Below, piece after piece: positions 8,481-18,845 of a DNA stretch of 41,304 bases; within the stretch, counting starts at the first letter, position 1, and each line of letters opens with the position of its first letter. The translations under genes were made by a program, and so were the position numbers. Where the stretch lies: the NCBI GenBank assembly GCA_031554915.1, contig JAVBUX010000178.1, forward strand, positions 1 to 41,304. The letters are read 5' to 3'. The stretch comes from Bacteroidales bacterium. GTDB taxonomy: Bacteria > Bacteroidota > Bacteroidia > Bacteroidales > Azobacteroidaceae. The notes under the pieces are model-generated. The model had not been told where the DNA came from and ran no database searches. It worked only from the letters and a program-made list of their open reading frames with translations.

Positions 8481-10196
8481 TTACCATCCTAAAAATTCTG
8501 CATCGGGAGTTCCCCAGCCTGGGTTTTGTTTCAGCACACCGCCAGAAAGATTGATTTGAGTTTCTGGTATCGGCCAAAATCCTTTGGTAAGGGCATAACG
8601 AGCCTTATAACCTCCGCCGAATTCTCCCATTATCGCATCTGCATTTCTGTTCTTTATAGCTATGTGAGATTGTGCAGCCAGTGCATCAGAGGCATTTCCC
8701 CAACGCATCAGGTCGTAGTAACGCAGTCCTTCGAAGGCCAACTCCCAACGACGTTCTCTTTTCATGGCATCCAAAGAATAGGCAACAGGGGCAAGTTTTG
8801 CCCGGGCTCGTACCCTGTTCAATCCGGTAGCATCCTGTTTCAGTTCTGATTGCATCAATAATACATCGGAAAAGCGGATGAGGACAAGATCTTGCGTGTG
8901 GCATAACTGCATTTCGGTAGCAGAAGAACCATCTTTCAGAGAGGCATACGACGGAACCAGATTGCCAGCATCATTCAGAGCTGTGATTGGAATGTATTTC
9001 TTTTGCCAGTATCCAGTTTCCTCCATTTGCTTATCTGCCCCCCAAACATATCCACTCAGGGTTTTGACATCAAGAATAGAGGCGGAACGGCGTACATCCG
9101 TCGGTTCTGCAAGTGTCCAATCGTTCCAGAGACCAGAGTTAACTGTTCCTGCTCCCCAGCCAGCTCCAAAAGGGAAGGTGTTTTTCTGTCCGTTGTTACT
9201 TCTCAATCCGAAATAAACAACAAACTGATTCGAGAAACCGGTACGTTCCCAATTCGCACCAATACCAAACTTGATAGCAAATACGGTTTCTTTGTTGCCA
9301 TCACCTACCCATAACAGTTTTTCTCCGGAAGGGTGAGTGTAGTTTTTAGCAGTGTATTCATTGGTTTCAGGCCACAGGTTGCGGAAGTCGCTAACCAGAT
9401 CGTGTCCGCTGTTGGCAATGCAATCGTCTATCCATGCAGTAACCTGATCTTTGGAGACATTTCCGGAGATACCCTGACCTGCTTCACCTCCCAAAGGAAG
9501 ACTTTCTTTATTATAATATCCTGTATAGAAGAGATAAACACGAGCCATAAGCGCTTCTGCAGCCCATTTGGTAGCATGTCCTGATGCATCGTTTGCTCCC
9601 GCATAAGGGGTTGGCGTCATCATTTCGATGGCTTTCTTTAAATCATAAGTGATTTGTGCATAGGTTTGTTCTGCTGGTGTCTGTGGAATATTTTCCGCCA
9701 CAGTTTTCAGGATCAGCGGAACTTCACCAAATACTTGTGAGAGTTCGAAATAATAGAGGGCGCGCAAAAAATGAACCTCTCCTTTAAAATGGTTCTTTTG
9801 TGCCTCACTTTTCCATCCTGAACAGTTGTCTAGAGTCTCTAAAGCCATGTTGGCTCTGAATATACCTCTGTAGCGGGTAGTCCATAAGGTGGCAAAGCGG
9901 TCGGTACCCGAATTCATCAAACGGTCGATGGACTGAGTTGCTTTGTCGTTTTCCCCACCACCACCGAAACGGTCGTCGGAAGCAACTTCTGAAATATAGA
10001 ACGATGTGGCAATAGGTGCAGAGCTTGACATGCTCAGCGAGGTATAGATGGCTGTCAATGCCTGTTCGGCATCTTTCAGTGTCATAGGCCAGTTAGACGT
10101 ATCCTGTTTGGTCAGATTTTTTGAGTCCAAAAAGTCTTCACAACTGCTCAGGCATACCAGGGCAACAATCAAATATATTATTTTTTTCATGTTCAT
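8481..10196 (-). CDS. susD: SusD/RagB-family lipoprotein
   Basis: LSSC lipobox, GEVHFLRALYYFEL, IRFSDVLLM and ERRWELAFEGLRYYDLMRW. Start may be 10190. Confidence 0.95.
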   Translation of the reverse strand: MNMKKIIYLIVALVCLSSCEDFLDSKNLTKQDTSNWPMTLKDAEQALTAIYTSLSMSSSAPIATSFYISEVASDDRFGGGGENDKATQSIDRLMNSGTDRFATLWTTRYRGIFRANMALETLDNCSGWKSEAQKNHFKGEVHFLRALYYFELSQVFGEVPLILKTVAENIPQTPAEQTYAQITYDLKKAIEMMTPTPYAGANDASGHATKWAAEALMARVYLFYTGYYNKESLPLGGEAGQGISGNVSKDQVTAWIDDCIANSGHDLVSDFRNLWPETNEYTAKNYTHPSGEKLLWVGDGNKETVFAIKFGIGANWERTGFSNQFVVYFGLRSNNGQKNTFPFGAGWGAGTVNSGLWNDWTLAEPTDVRRSASILDVKTLSGYVWGADKQMEETGYWQKKYIPITALNDAGNLVPSYASLKDGSSATEMQLCHTQDLVLIRFSDVLLMQSELKQDATGLNRVRARAKLAPVAYSLDAMKRERRWELAFEGLRYYDLMRWGNASDALAAQSHIAIKNRNADAIMGEFGGGYKARYALTKGFWPIPETQINLSGGVLKQNPGWGTPDAEFLGW

Positions 10197-10202
10197 ATTG
10201 TA

Positions 10203-13200
10203 TTAGTATTTAATATTTATTCCGATTAAGAATGTACGGGGACTTGGATAGAATCCTAAATCCACACCTGAAGCCCAGGATTTGTCACCACCGTATCCAA
10301 TTTCGGGATCCATACCTGAGTAATTGGTGAATGTATATAGGTTGTTGACAGCCACATAAAGGCGGGCTTGTGAAAAAGGTAACTTCTTGGATAATTGTTT
10401 GAAATCGTATCCGAAGGTCACGTTCTGTATTTTTACATAATCAGCATCTTCTACATAAATATCGGAAATGTATTGCCAGTTAGTATGACCACCGTTAGTA
10501 AGGCGAGGCAACCGGTTGGATGTACCTTCTCCGTACCATCTGCCGAAGATATCGGTTGTGTAGTTATTCAGCGGACTGTCAACGAATGAGCGATATGACT
10601 TGGCAATTTGGTGTCCGAAGGCTCCGGTAGCATTGGCCGAGAGGTCGAATCCTTTATATTGTAAGCTGAAGTTGAATCCTGCGGTCATGTCCGGGTGCGG
10701 GTTGCCAATCATTGTTTTGTCCAGTTCACTAATTTTTCCGTCTCCATTGACATCAACAAAGATCAGGTCACCGGGCTGTGCGCCATCCAGTTTAGCCGGA
10801 GTATTAGCGAGTTGGTTCAGATTTTGGAAAACTCCTGCAGTTTTGTATCCCCAGAAGTATCCTACTGGGAATCCTACTTCAGCTCGGTGGATTTCCGGAG
10901 TGGAGTGACTCAACAGATTAGCTTCTCCGCGGATAATTTTCTCAGCATTGGCAATCTTGGTCACTTCGTTTTCGTTGTAAGCAATATTGAACCCAACGTT
11001 GTAGCGTAGTTTGTCTATTTGATCGTTCCAGTTTAGAGCTGCTTCGAATCCTGTATTTTGGATATTACCACCGTTGATATAAGGAGCATTGGTTCCGTAG
11101 GTAGCCAGAATAGGTGCTTGTACAAGCCAGTCCTTAGTGGTTTTTTTGTACCAGTCGAATGTTACTCCCAGCCTGTTTTTGATAAACCGCGAATCAAATC
11201 CGATATTGAGCTGTTCGGATGTTTCCCAGGTAACATTTGGGTTGGGTAATATATCGGCGTAGCCTCCTGTTTGTATATTTTGTTTGTTTCCAAAATAGTA
11301 TCCTCCCATTGTATTGGCGAAAGCGATGGTAGCCAGATATTGGAAATTGGCAATATCGCTGTTACCATTCTGTCCCCAACTGGCGCGGAGTTTTAAGAAA
11401 TCGAGCCAGCTGGTTGTTGATTCCATGAATGATTCATTGGAGAGGACCCATCCTGCAGAAACGGAAGGGAAATTTCCCCAGCGATGTCCGCGAGCAAAAT
11501 TGGATGAACCATCCGAACGTAAGCTGACTGTTGCCAGGTACTTTTCGTCCATATTATATATGATACGCCCAAAGAATGAAGCTGTACTTCCTTGTGCCCA
11601 AGGTGCTCCGGATACTGATGTATAAAGTTCGGATACTCCTTTGGTATTGCTTAGCCAGGCATGCTCCCAAGATCCGGGGAAAAGCGAGTTGCCATTTTTG
11701 CCGCCAACATTGTCTCCCATACCCCATTTGGAAACCGACTGTCCCAGTAAGGTTTCGAATGAGTGTATTTTATTCACCCGGAACTGATAAGTCAGAAGGT
11801 TTTCCCATCCCCAGCTGTAACCGGAATGTGCGCTTTGGTTTACAATGTCGGTGGTATTTTGTAAGGTTGTTGACAGGTTGAATACTGGCGTATAATTCCT
11901 GTAACTACCCGATGAATTATCGTAGCTGAAGGTCGATTTGAATTTCAGGTCTTTGATTGGCTGAATTTCCAAATAAGCATTTGCCCGAAGTGCGAAATTT
12001 TTATTAAGGTTCATGCCTCGTTCATAAACCATGTCGGCAATAGGATTTGCTGTAGATCCCGATAAAGCCCAGGCATCGGCTTCTTTGCTGGGTTGGTCGT
12101 AATAACCACCATCCTTGTTATATACAGGCATGAGAGGATTTCCCTTCAACATATTGTTAACATCATTCCAATAGCGATTACCGATCGCAATACCTGAGTT
12201 TTGTTTGTGAGTATATGTCAAATGTTCTCCGAATTTAATAATATCCAGATCTTTACTTTTGTAGATGATATGTTCAGAGTTTATCCGGAAGTTATACCGG
12301 GTATATTCCGGAGCTACCGGTTTACCCAGGATACCTTCCTGGCTGGTATAAGAGAATCCGATGGATGTCTTCGAAATATCTGTACCTCCGGTGATGTTGA
12401 TCGCTTGATCTTGAGTTAATGCGTTTTTATTGCGGATTTCATCGAGCCAGTTTGTTCCGTTCCAACTTCCATCCATGATGGCGTTGTACTGATTAGGAAC
12501 TTCCTTTGCGAAATCATATAAAGCAGTACCGTCATTCCGTCGTGCTTCGTTTACAATTTGCATGTATTCTTTGCCATTTAGAACCGGAGCCATCTTATAC
12601 ACATTTTGCCAGCCCACATATCCATCATAACTAACTTGCATTTTTCCGATTTTTCCCTGTTTGGTAGTTACCAAAATGACACCATTAGCTCCTCGAGAGC
12701 CATAGATGGCGGCAGATGCCGCATCTTTTAATACGTCTATAGATTCGATGTCTGAAGGGTTCAAGTTGTTGATATCTCCACCCGAAATACCATCGATAAC
12801 ATACAATGGATTGGAGTTGCCGATAGTACCCAGTCCACGGATCGTTACTTTGAATCCTTCGCCCGGCATACCTGATTTTTGCACTATGTTTACTCCTGGT
12901 GATTGACCCTGCAGGGCACCTAATATGCTGTTGGTGCTCAGTTTTTGCAAATCATCTCCGCCTACCTGCACAGTAGCTCCGGTAACCAGCTTTTTCTTTT
13001 GTACACCATAGCCGATGACTACAACTTCGTCCAGCAGTTTATCATCTTCACGTAATGTTACCAGAAGTGGGCGTTGAACTCCCGCCTTAATTTCCTGTGC
13101 CATGTAGCCAAGATAAGAGAATACCAATACGGCATTGCCATCGGATACTTTAATTGAGAACTTGCCTTCCGAGTTAGTCAGCGTGCCGTTTGTTGTTCCT

Positions 13201-13406
13201 TTAACCAAGACTCTTACGCCTACCAGAGGCTCCTTGTTCGAATCTTGTACCGTACCTGTCACAGTTTCTTCCTGGACAGCACGTAGGTCGTTCGCATCGT
13301 TTGTCCCGGCCCATATTTGCAAACCGGAGACCAAGAATAATGATAAGAATACCAATCTGAGCAGTTGCACGAACTCCTTTTTTTTCTTTACTTGTTTGTT
13401 TTTCAT
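10203..13406 (-). CDS. susC: SusC/RagA TonB-dependent transporter
   Basis: LDEVVVIGYG, DIESIDVLKDAASAAIYGSRGANGVILVTTK and the C-terminal YPSPRTFLIGINIKY. ATG 13406 is preferred over TTG 13415. Confidence 0.96.
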   Translation of the reverse strand: MKNKQVKKKKEFVQLLRLVFLSLFLVSGLQIWAGTNDANDLRAVQEETVTGTVQDSNKEPLVGVRVLVKGTTNGTLTNSEGKFSIKVSDGNAVLVFSYLGYMAQEIKAGVQRPLLVTLREDDKLLDEVVVIGYGVQKKKLVTGATVQVGGDDLQKLSTNSILGALQGQSPGVNIVQKSGMPGEGFKVTIRGLGTIGNSNPLYVIDGISGGDINNLNPSDIESIDVLKDAASAAIYGSRGANGVILVTTKQGKIGKMQVSYDGYVGWQNVYKMAPVLNGKEYMQIVNEARRNDGTALYDFAKEVPNQYNAIMDGSWNGTNWLDEIRNKNALTQDQAINITGGTDISKTSIGFSYTSQEGILGKPVAPEYTRYNFRINSEHIIYKSKDLDIIKFGEHLTYTHKQNSGIAIGNRYWNDVNNMLKGNPLMPVYNKDGGYYDQPSKEADAWALSGSTANPIADMVYERGMNLNKNFALRANAYLEIQPIKDLKFKSTFSYDNSSGSYRNYTPVFNLSTTLQNTTDIVNQSAHSGYSWGWENLLTYQFRVNKIHSFETLLGQSVSKWGMGDNVGGKNGNSLFPGSWEHAWLSNTKGVSELYTSVSGAPWAQGSTASFFGRIIYNMDEKYLATVSLRSDGSSNFARGHRWGNFPSVSAGWVLSNESFMESTTSWLDFLKLRASWGQNGNSDIANFQYLATIAFANTMGGYYFGNKQNIQTGGYADILPNPNVTWETSEQLNIGFDSRFIKNRLGVTFDWYKKTTKDWLVQAPILATYGTNAPYINGGNIQNTGFEAALNWNDQIDKLRYNVGFNIAYNENEVTKIANAEKIIRGEANLLSHSTPEIHRAEVGFPVGYFWGYKTAGVFQNLNQLANTPAKLDGAQPGDLIFVDVNGDGKISELDKTMIGNPHPDMTAGFNFSLQYKGFDLSANATGAFGHQIAKSYRSFVDSPLNNYTTDIFGRWYGEGTSNRLPRLTNGGHTNWQYISDIYVEDADYVKIQNVTFGYDFKQLSKKLPFSQARLYVAVNNLYTFTNYSGMDPEIGYGGDKSWASGVDLGFYPSPRTFLIGINIKY

Positions 13407-13407
13407 A

Positions 13408-14589
13408 CTATTCAATTAGATTGTTATTGGGATATTTATTTTTTACTGAATTTAATAGGAGGATCGACGGTTTGCGGGTGAATTCGATAAAATCGTCGCT
13501 GGCCGGATGTCCGGGAATTGGTATATAATAGTGTTCTTCGATGTTCCATGCATTTCTCCAGAAGAGTATATAACTCAATTGTTTTCCTTCAATACCGGGG
13601 TAAAGGTATCCGGTAAAATAATTGGCCGCCTTTATACCCTCGAGTCCGGTACTAGTCAGAGCCGGGATCTTTCCATTTGCGGAAGCAAATTTGTCGATTG
13701 TGTTGAGGCTGGTTTCCAGATCCTTTTTATATCGAGTCCCTTGTGGATCCTGGTCAAAATATAAAAATAAATCCAGACCCAGTATATCTACGTAGTCATT
13801 GCCGGGATAATAATCGGAAAGGACGTCTGCATCAGCCGGTCCATTGACAGAATACGCATAGAGAAGGTGATGGATGTTCTTTGTGTTCCGAAGATAGTTC
13901 ACGGTTTGTATCCACAGTTTCTTAAATTCTTCAGGTGTACATTGCTGTGAGCTCCACCAACGATCGGAGCGATTGTGTGACATATATGGACGGAAGATAA
14001 TCGGAATATATTCGCCTTGTTCGCTTTTCAGCTCACAGAGAAACTGTCCAAGACGATCCAGGTACTGTGCAAACTCGTCAGAAACCCCGTCTTTAGGCAG
14101 GATCTGTTCTATCATCCCTCTATCTGAAATATCGCTATATAATCCTTGACTCAGCGGATTAGAGGCATGCCAACTGATGGTAGTTATAATGTTCCGCTGG
14201 TAAGCTTCTTTTATTTTTTGTTTTATCAGACTGAAGGGAATAGAGTCTATGTTTACTTCTGATCCGGTTTCAATACCACCAATATCATATCCTACTATAG
14301 CCGGGTATTCGCCACATACTCTTTTTACATCCGACCATCCTTTTTCATTGTACCATGTATTACCATAGATCAGGTCATCCTGATGTCCGATCAGTGCACC
14401 CTCCAGGCGTATGTTATGCAGAAAGGAATTGAGTTCTTGTGTTTTTGCAGTTGCTTTCCTGTCGGAGGCCGAATATATCTTCATGTTTTCCGTATCGGAA
14501 GTATGGGGCTGTGTACAGGAGACTACAAGTATTCCACAAATGATTACCAGCTTGATATACCTATATAATATATGTGTGGTGTCTGTCAT
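13408..14589 (-). CDS. GH26 (beta-mannanase-like) fold lipoprotein lacking both catalytic glutamates
   Basis: GHQDD, SDVK..GEYPA, TISWH, YPGNDYVDILG and WRNA motifs are retained. RPxHE reads RPYMS and ALTETG reads ALTSTG. LVVS-C lipobox. ATG 14589 lies downstream of the -7 motif. Confidence 0.85.
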   Translation of the reverse strand: MTDTTHILYRYIKLVIICGILVVSCTQPHTSDTENMKIYSASDRKATAKTQELNSFLHNIRLEGALIGHQDDLIYGNTWYNEKGWSDVKRVCGEYPAIVGYDIGGIETGSEVNIDSIPFSLIKQKIKEAYQRNIITTISWHASNPLSQGLYSDISDRGMIEQILPKDGVSDEFAQYLDRLGQFLCELKSEQGEYIPIIFRPYMSHNRSDRWWSSQQCTPEEFKKLWIQTVNYLRNTKNIHHLLYAYSVNGPADADVLSDYYPGNDYVDILGLDLFLYFDQDPQGTRYKKDLETSLNTIDKFASANGKIPALTSTGLEGIKAANYFTGYLYPGIEGKQLSYILFWRNAWNIEEHYYIPIPGHPASDDFIEFTRKPSILLLNSVKNKYPNNNLIE

Positions 14590-14622
14590 AATAGTGCGAC
14601 TTGAATTGTTTTTGTGATGTTG

Positions 14623-14775
14623 CAAAGATAATATGGGTTGTTTTAGTGTGTATGCTTGAATGAGTTAATTTCTATCGTATATGAGGATTGATTTGCATAA
14701 ATGTAGATAGATTATGCGTAAATGTAGCATTGTTGTGTTAATGTTGCTTATTTCTGAAAAAATATATTAAATTTG
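14623..14775. promoter_or_regulatory. Divergent PUL/HTCS promoter region with phased direct repeats
   Basis: Minus-strand TATCTTTG at 14623-14630 and plus-strand TAAATTTG at 14768-14775. TGCRTAAATGTAG occurs at 14694 and 14715 (21 bp apart). Confidence 0.6.
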
Positions 14776-14789
14776 CTGCATCCTATTTT

Positions 14790-17700
14790 ATGAAGAACAC
14801 CATGCGTAAGGTTGTTTACCTGTTTTTCTTTTTATATATTTCCTGTGTTTTTGCTAAAGCAGATACAGGAATATTTCTTAGTCACATCAATAAATCAATC
14901 AACAGTCATATTCACCGGATCTATCAGGATCGAACAGGTCATATTTGGATATGTACAGACAATGGTTTGAGTAAGTTCAATGGGACGAGTGTGAAAACCT
15001 ATTCCCATATTTATGGAGATTCCACGTCTTTGATGACAAATTCCGTACTGACTGTCTTAGAAGACCGAAAAGGTAATTTCTGGGTAGGGACTACCGAAGG
15101 TTTGCAGCATTTTGATCGCAGGACGGAGAAATTTAAAACGATAAAATTTACTTATCCTTATATAAAAGATTTTTCGTACATCAATTGTATAATTGAAGAC
15201 CGTTCGGGAAATATTTGGATTTCTACCAGTCGCGCAGGGGCGATCTGTCTCAAAGCAGAAACCTTTCAGCCCACCTATTACATGCCTACAAACAGTAATA
15301 TATGCAGTAATAAGATTAACTCCATCTTTGAAGATAAGTATGGTAGTATTTGGATTGGGTCGCACGATAAGGGAGTCAGTGTGCTGAACCGGGAGAATAA
15401 TGTGATTGTAAATTATGCCAGTGATTCGTCTAATCCGAATTCACTTTCAAGCAATAAGATATTTACTATCACAGATACACCTGATGGCAATATTCTTATC
15501 GGATCCATTGATTCGGGAATCGACCTGTTCGACTTTTCAACTAGGCAGATCATTCGTAAATACATACCAAGAGGAGAGCGGGTGTTTACCTTGATGAACG
15601 ACCGGAAAAGGGAGTTGTGGATTGGTACCGATGGAGGAGGACTGAAGCGTTACAATTATCAGACTAAGAAGACAACTGATTTTGAACCTTTTTCCACAGG
15701 GATTGATATGCGTGGAACAAAAATTCATAGCATTATTGAAGACCAAAAGGGTAATATATGGCTGGCTCTGTTTCAGAAAGGAATTCTCATGATTCCATCC
15801 CATGGACAAGTATTTCAGACTATGGGATTCAATCCGTTTTACTCGGAAAGGAATATCGGTTCGGAATGTGTGTTGTGTATGACCGTGGACAAGGATGGTG
15901 ACTGTTGGATGGGAACGGATGGCGATGGTATATACCGGCTCGACAAAGCCAAACGGATTAAACAGCACTACAAGAACCTTGGACTGAAAGCGAAGAATGT
16001 GGTGGCTATCTTCCAGGACTCACAGAAACGTATCTGGGCAGGGACTTATCTTTCAGGACTATACAGGATTATGCCAGGTGGGAATGCATTCACTCCTGAA
16101 GAGATTGTGACCAACGGACAGGGAATCACGGATATTAACTTTATCACGGAAGATAGGCAAGGAAATCTTTGGCTTGGAACTAACAGTGATGGAGTATGTA
16201 TTTATAATCCTGATACCAAACAGGTATCGTGGCTGAAGCATGATATCCTGAAAACAGAAGGCCAATTGCTAAGTAACTCTATTCATGGTATTAGCATAGC
16301 ACGTAACGACAAGATATGGATTAGTACCAGTAGCGTCGGATTGAGTTGCTATGATCCTTCTTCCCGGAGTTTTACTGATTATACGGTAGCAAGTGTGGGA
16401 CTAAGCAATGATTGTATCAATACTGTAGCAGAAGATGCCAAGGGTAATTTATGGGTGGGCACGAAGGCGGGCCTCAACTATATAGATACATCAACTGGAA
16501 AAGTAGAGCATATTTATACAAAAGCCGATGGATTACCTGATATGTCGGTCAATAGCCTAGAAATAGACAAGGAAAATAATCTTTGGATCAGTACGAGTAT
16601 GGGATTGGCTTTCTTTGATGTAAATACGAAGGAATTTACGAGTTACAGTATTTCGGAAGGAAACCTGAATGGCGAATTTAAACGATGGGCGCATTGTCAG
16701 TCGGAAACAGGGGAGGTCTTCTTCGGCGGGGTCGGTGGAATCGTATCCTTTTTCCCGTTTAAGAACCAGCTATCGAACTCGTTGTTAAATTTGGTATTTA
16801 CTGATTTGTATGTCTATAGTGAACGAATGGAAGTTACTCCGGAAAAAGAATCTATCCTGAAAGATCATATAGACAATACTCAAACGCTTATTTTCGATCA
16901 CAGCATCAAAAGTTTCTCTATTGGCTTTTGTGCTGTGGAGTACAATGATCCGGAAAAGGTGATTTATCAGATCAAAATGGATGGCTTTGATAATACATGG
17001 AAAACGATTCCATTGGGAAGCCGGCTGGCAACTTATACCAATCTGCCTTCTGGTAAATATACTTTTCGGGTTCGTGCTTTATTGCCGGGAACGGAACCTT
17101 TGGAGCGGAGTTTGCTGATAGTCATTCATCCTCCTTTGTGGTTGACATGGTGGGCCATCACCATCTATGTGCTTTGTATCGCAGGATTAGGATATTATAT
17201 GTACTGGCAGTTTCGAAAGAGGGAATGGAAAAAGAAGGAGAATATGCTCCGAGCGAACGAAGCTCGTATTATGCAGTCGAAATTGCAGTTTTTTACTGAT
17301 ATATCACATGAAATCCGTACACCCCTCACTTTGATCCTGGCTCCTGTGGAACAGTTAGCCAAAGGTGAAGATAATCCGAAGGTACTGAGTATCTACAAGC
17401 TCATTATCCAAAACGGGCAACGTATCCTGAGATTGATTAACCAAACCATGGATATGCGTCGCATTGATCGGGGGCAAGTGCAACTGAATACCGAAGTTAC
17501 CGATGTACAGGTGTTTATCCGGAATATTTCTTCTTCTTTTGAGTATATTTCCCGCGAAAAAGGAGTGGAATTTTTATTAAATATCAACGAGGATATTCCA
17601 CCAATGTGGCTTGATCAGGATATTATGGATAAGGTGTTGGTTAATGTGATATCAAATGCTTTCAAATATACTCCTGAGGGAGGGCGTATAGAGCTGGTTG

Positions 17701-18830
17701 CTTGTGTACAAAAAAATGAACTATCTATAGAAGTTTCCGATACGGGAGTGGGCATCCCGAAAGAACAGCGAAAATCGGTGTTCAGTCGTTTCTACCGGAT
17801 ACAGAACGATAAGAATAAGACCGCAGGTACAGGAATTGGTCTCCACATCGCTTTAAGTCTTCTGGAGATACACCGGGGGCATATCTACATCGATGATACC
17901 GATACAGGTATCGGAACCCGTTTTGTGATACGGATACCGGTTAACGACCCACTTCTGAAACCACAGGCAGACAGACAACAGGAAAAAGAGCATAGCCGAA
18001 GTCTTTCTGCCCAGGATTCTTTCTTGCTACTTGATAAAATGGAATTGTCTGTAGAAAAGAAGATTCCCAATAATCGTCGGAAGTACAAACTCTTGATTGT
18101 AGAAGATGATAAGGGTATCCGCAAATATTTATTGGAGATTTTGAGAGAAGAATACGTCATTCTGGAAGCAGAGAACGGACGTATTGGCCTAGAAATGGCC
18201 ATGAAAGAGATGCCGGATTGTATTATTTCCGATTTGATGATGCCCGAGATGGATGGCTTGGAAATGTGCCGGAAAATAAAGACAAATGAAAAGATCTGCC
18301 AAATTCCGGTCATTATTCTCACCGCAAAGACTACCATGGAAGACCGTATCGAAGGATTACAGGTAGGAGCGGATTCATATATACCTAAGCCTTTCAATGT
18401 AGAACACCTGAAGACAAGGATCTCTAAACTAATAGAGTTACGCACACTCATGACAGGCAAACTGAGAGGGAAGCTTGAACCTGAAGGCCAGGAAGAGGTG
18501 AAATCATACGACGATATTTTTCTGAAAAAGCTGGAGACTATCGTGCGTGAACGGATTGCCGATTCGGAACTAACTGTTGAAACTATCAGCCGGGAGATGG
18601 GGATCAGCCGCTCGCATTTCCAAAGGAAACTGAAACTGCTGACCACGCAAAATCCCAGTGAATACATCAAGATAGCCAGACTGAGACATGCAGCCTGGTT
18701 GTTGACTGCCAAAAAGCTTACCATCTCTGAGGTGACGTATGCGACAGGTTTCTCTTCTTTATCGCATTTTTCCAATAGTTTTAAAGAGTTCTATGGGATG
18801 TCGCCAACAAAATATACAGAGGTCAGCTGA
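14790..18830 (+). CDS. Hybrid two-component system sensor/regulator (HTCS)
   Basis: Reg_prop beta-propeller repeats, Y_Y_Y domain, TM helix, SHEIRTPLT kinase, GTGIGL ATPase, IISDLMMP receiver and a C-terminal AraC HTH. Confidence 0.96.
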   Translation: MKNTMRKVVYLFFFLYISCVFAKADTGIFLSHINKSINSHIHRIYQDRTGHIWICTDNGLSKFNGTSVKTYSHIYGDSTSLMTNSVLTVLEDRKGNFWVGTTEGLQHFDRRTEKFKTIKFTYPYIKDFSYINCIIEDRSGNIWISTSRAGAICLKAETFQPTYYMPTNSNICSNKINSIFEDKYGSIWIGSHDKGVSVLNRENNVIVNYASDSSNPNSLSSNKIFTITDTPDGNILIGSIDSGIDLFDFSTRQIIRKYIPRGERVFTLMNDRKRELWIGTDGGGLKRYNYQTKKTTDFEPFSTGIDMRGTKIHSIIEDQKGNIWLALFQKGILMIPSHGQVFQTMGFNPFYSERNIGSECVLCMTVDKDGDCWMGTDGDGIYRLDKAKRIKQHYKNLGLKAKNVVAIFQDSQKRIWAGTYLSGLYRIMPGGNAFTPEEIVTNGQGITDINFITEDRQGNLWLGTNSDGVCIYNPDTKQVSWLKHDILKTEGQLLSNSIHGISIARNDKIWISTSSVGLSCYDPSSRSFTDYTVASVGLSNDCINTVAEDAKGNLWVGTKAGLNYIDTSTGKVEHIYTKADGLPDMSVNSLEIDKENNLWISTSMGLAFFDVNTKEFTSYSISEGNLNGEFKRWAHCQSETGEVFFGGVGGIVSFFPFKNQLSNSLLNLVFTDLYVYSERMEVTPEKESILKDHIDNTQTLIFDHSIKSFSIGFCAVEYNDPEKVIYQIKMDGFDNTWKTIPLGSRLATYTNLPSGKYTFRVRALLPGTEPLERSLLIVIHPPLWLTWWAITIYVLCIAGLGYYMYWQFRKREWKKKENMLRANEARIMQSKLQFFTDISHEIRTPLTLILAPVEQLAKGEDNPKVLSIYKLIIQNGQRILRLINQTMDMRRIDRGQVQLNTEVTDVQVFIRNISSSFEYISREKGVEFLLNINEDIPPMWLDQDIMDKVLVNVISNAFKYTPEGGRIELVACVQKNELSIEVSDTGVGIPKEQRKSVFSRFYRIQNDKNKTAGTGIGLHIALSLLEIHRGHIYIDDTDTGIGTRFVIRIPVNDPLLKPQADRQQEKEHSRSLSAQDSFLLLDKMELSVEKKIPNNRRKYKLLIVEDDKGIRKYLLEILREEYVILEAENGRIGLEMAMKEMPDCIISDLMMPEMDGLEMCRKIKTNEKICQIPVIILTAKTTMEDRIEGLQVGADSYIPKPFNVEHLKTRISKLIELRTLMTGKLRGKLEPEGQEEVKSYDDIFLKKLETIVRERIADSELTVETISREMGISRSHFQRKLKLLTTQNPSEYIKIARLRHAAWLLTAKKLTISEVTYATGFSSLSHFSNSFKEFYGMSPTKYTEVS

Positions 18831-18845
18831 TTTCTTTAAATGCTC

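Noticed and set aside
8452-8577. Extended N-termini in the ORF track (also 1410-1430, 14590-14625, 26646-26672)
   Set aside because: They overlap neighbouring genes or promoter motifs, and downstream ATGs give proper signal peptides or family-typical starts.
17885-18775. 296-aa antisense ORF inside the HTCS
   Set aside because: It is a shadow frame of a well-conserved gene, Ser/Ile-rich and without recognisable motifs. The same applies to other nested ORFs such as 29066-29701 and 21412-21870.
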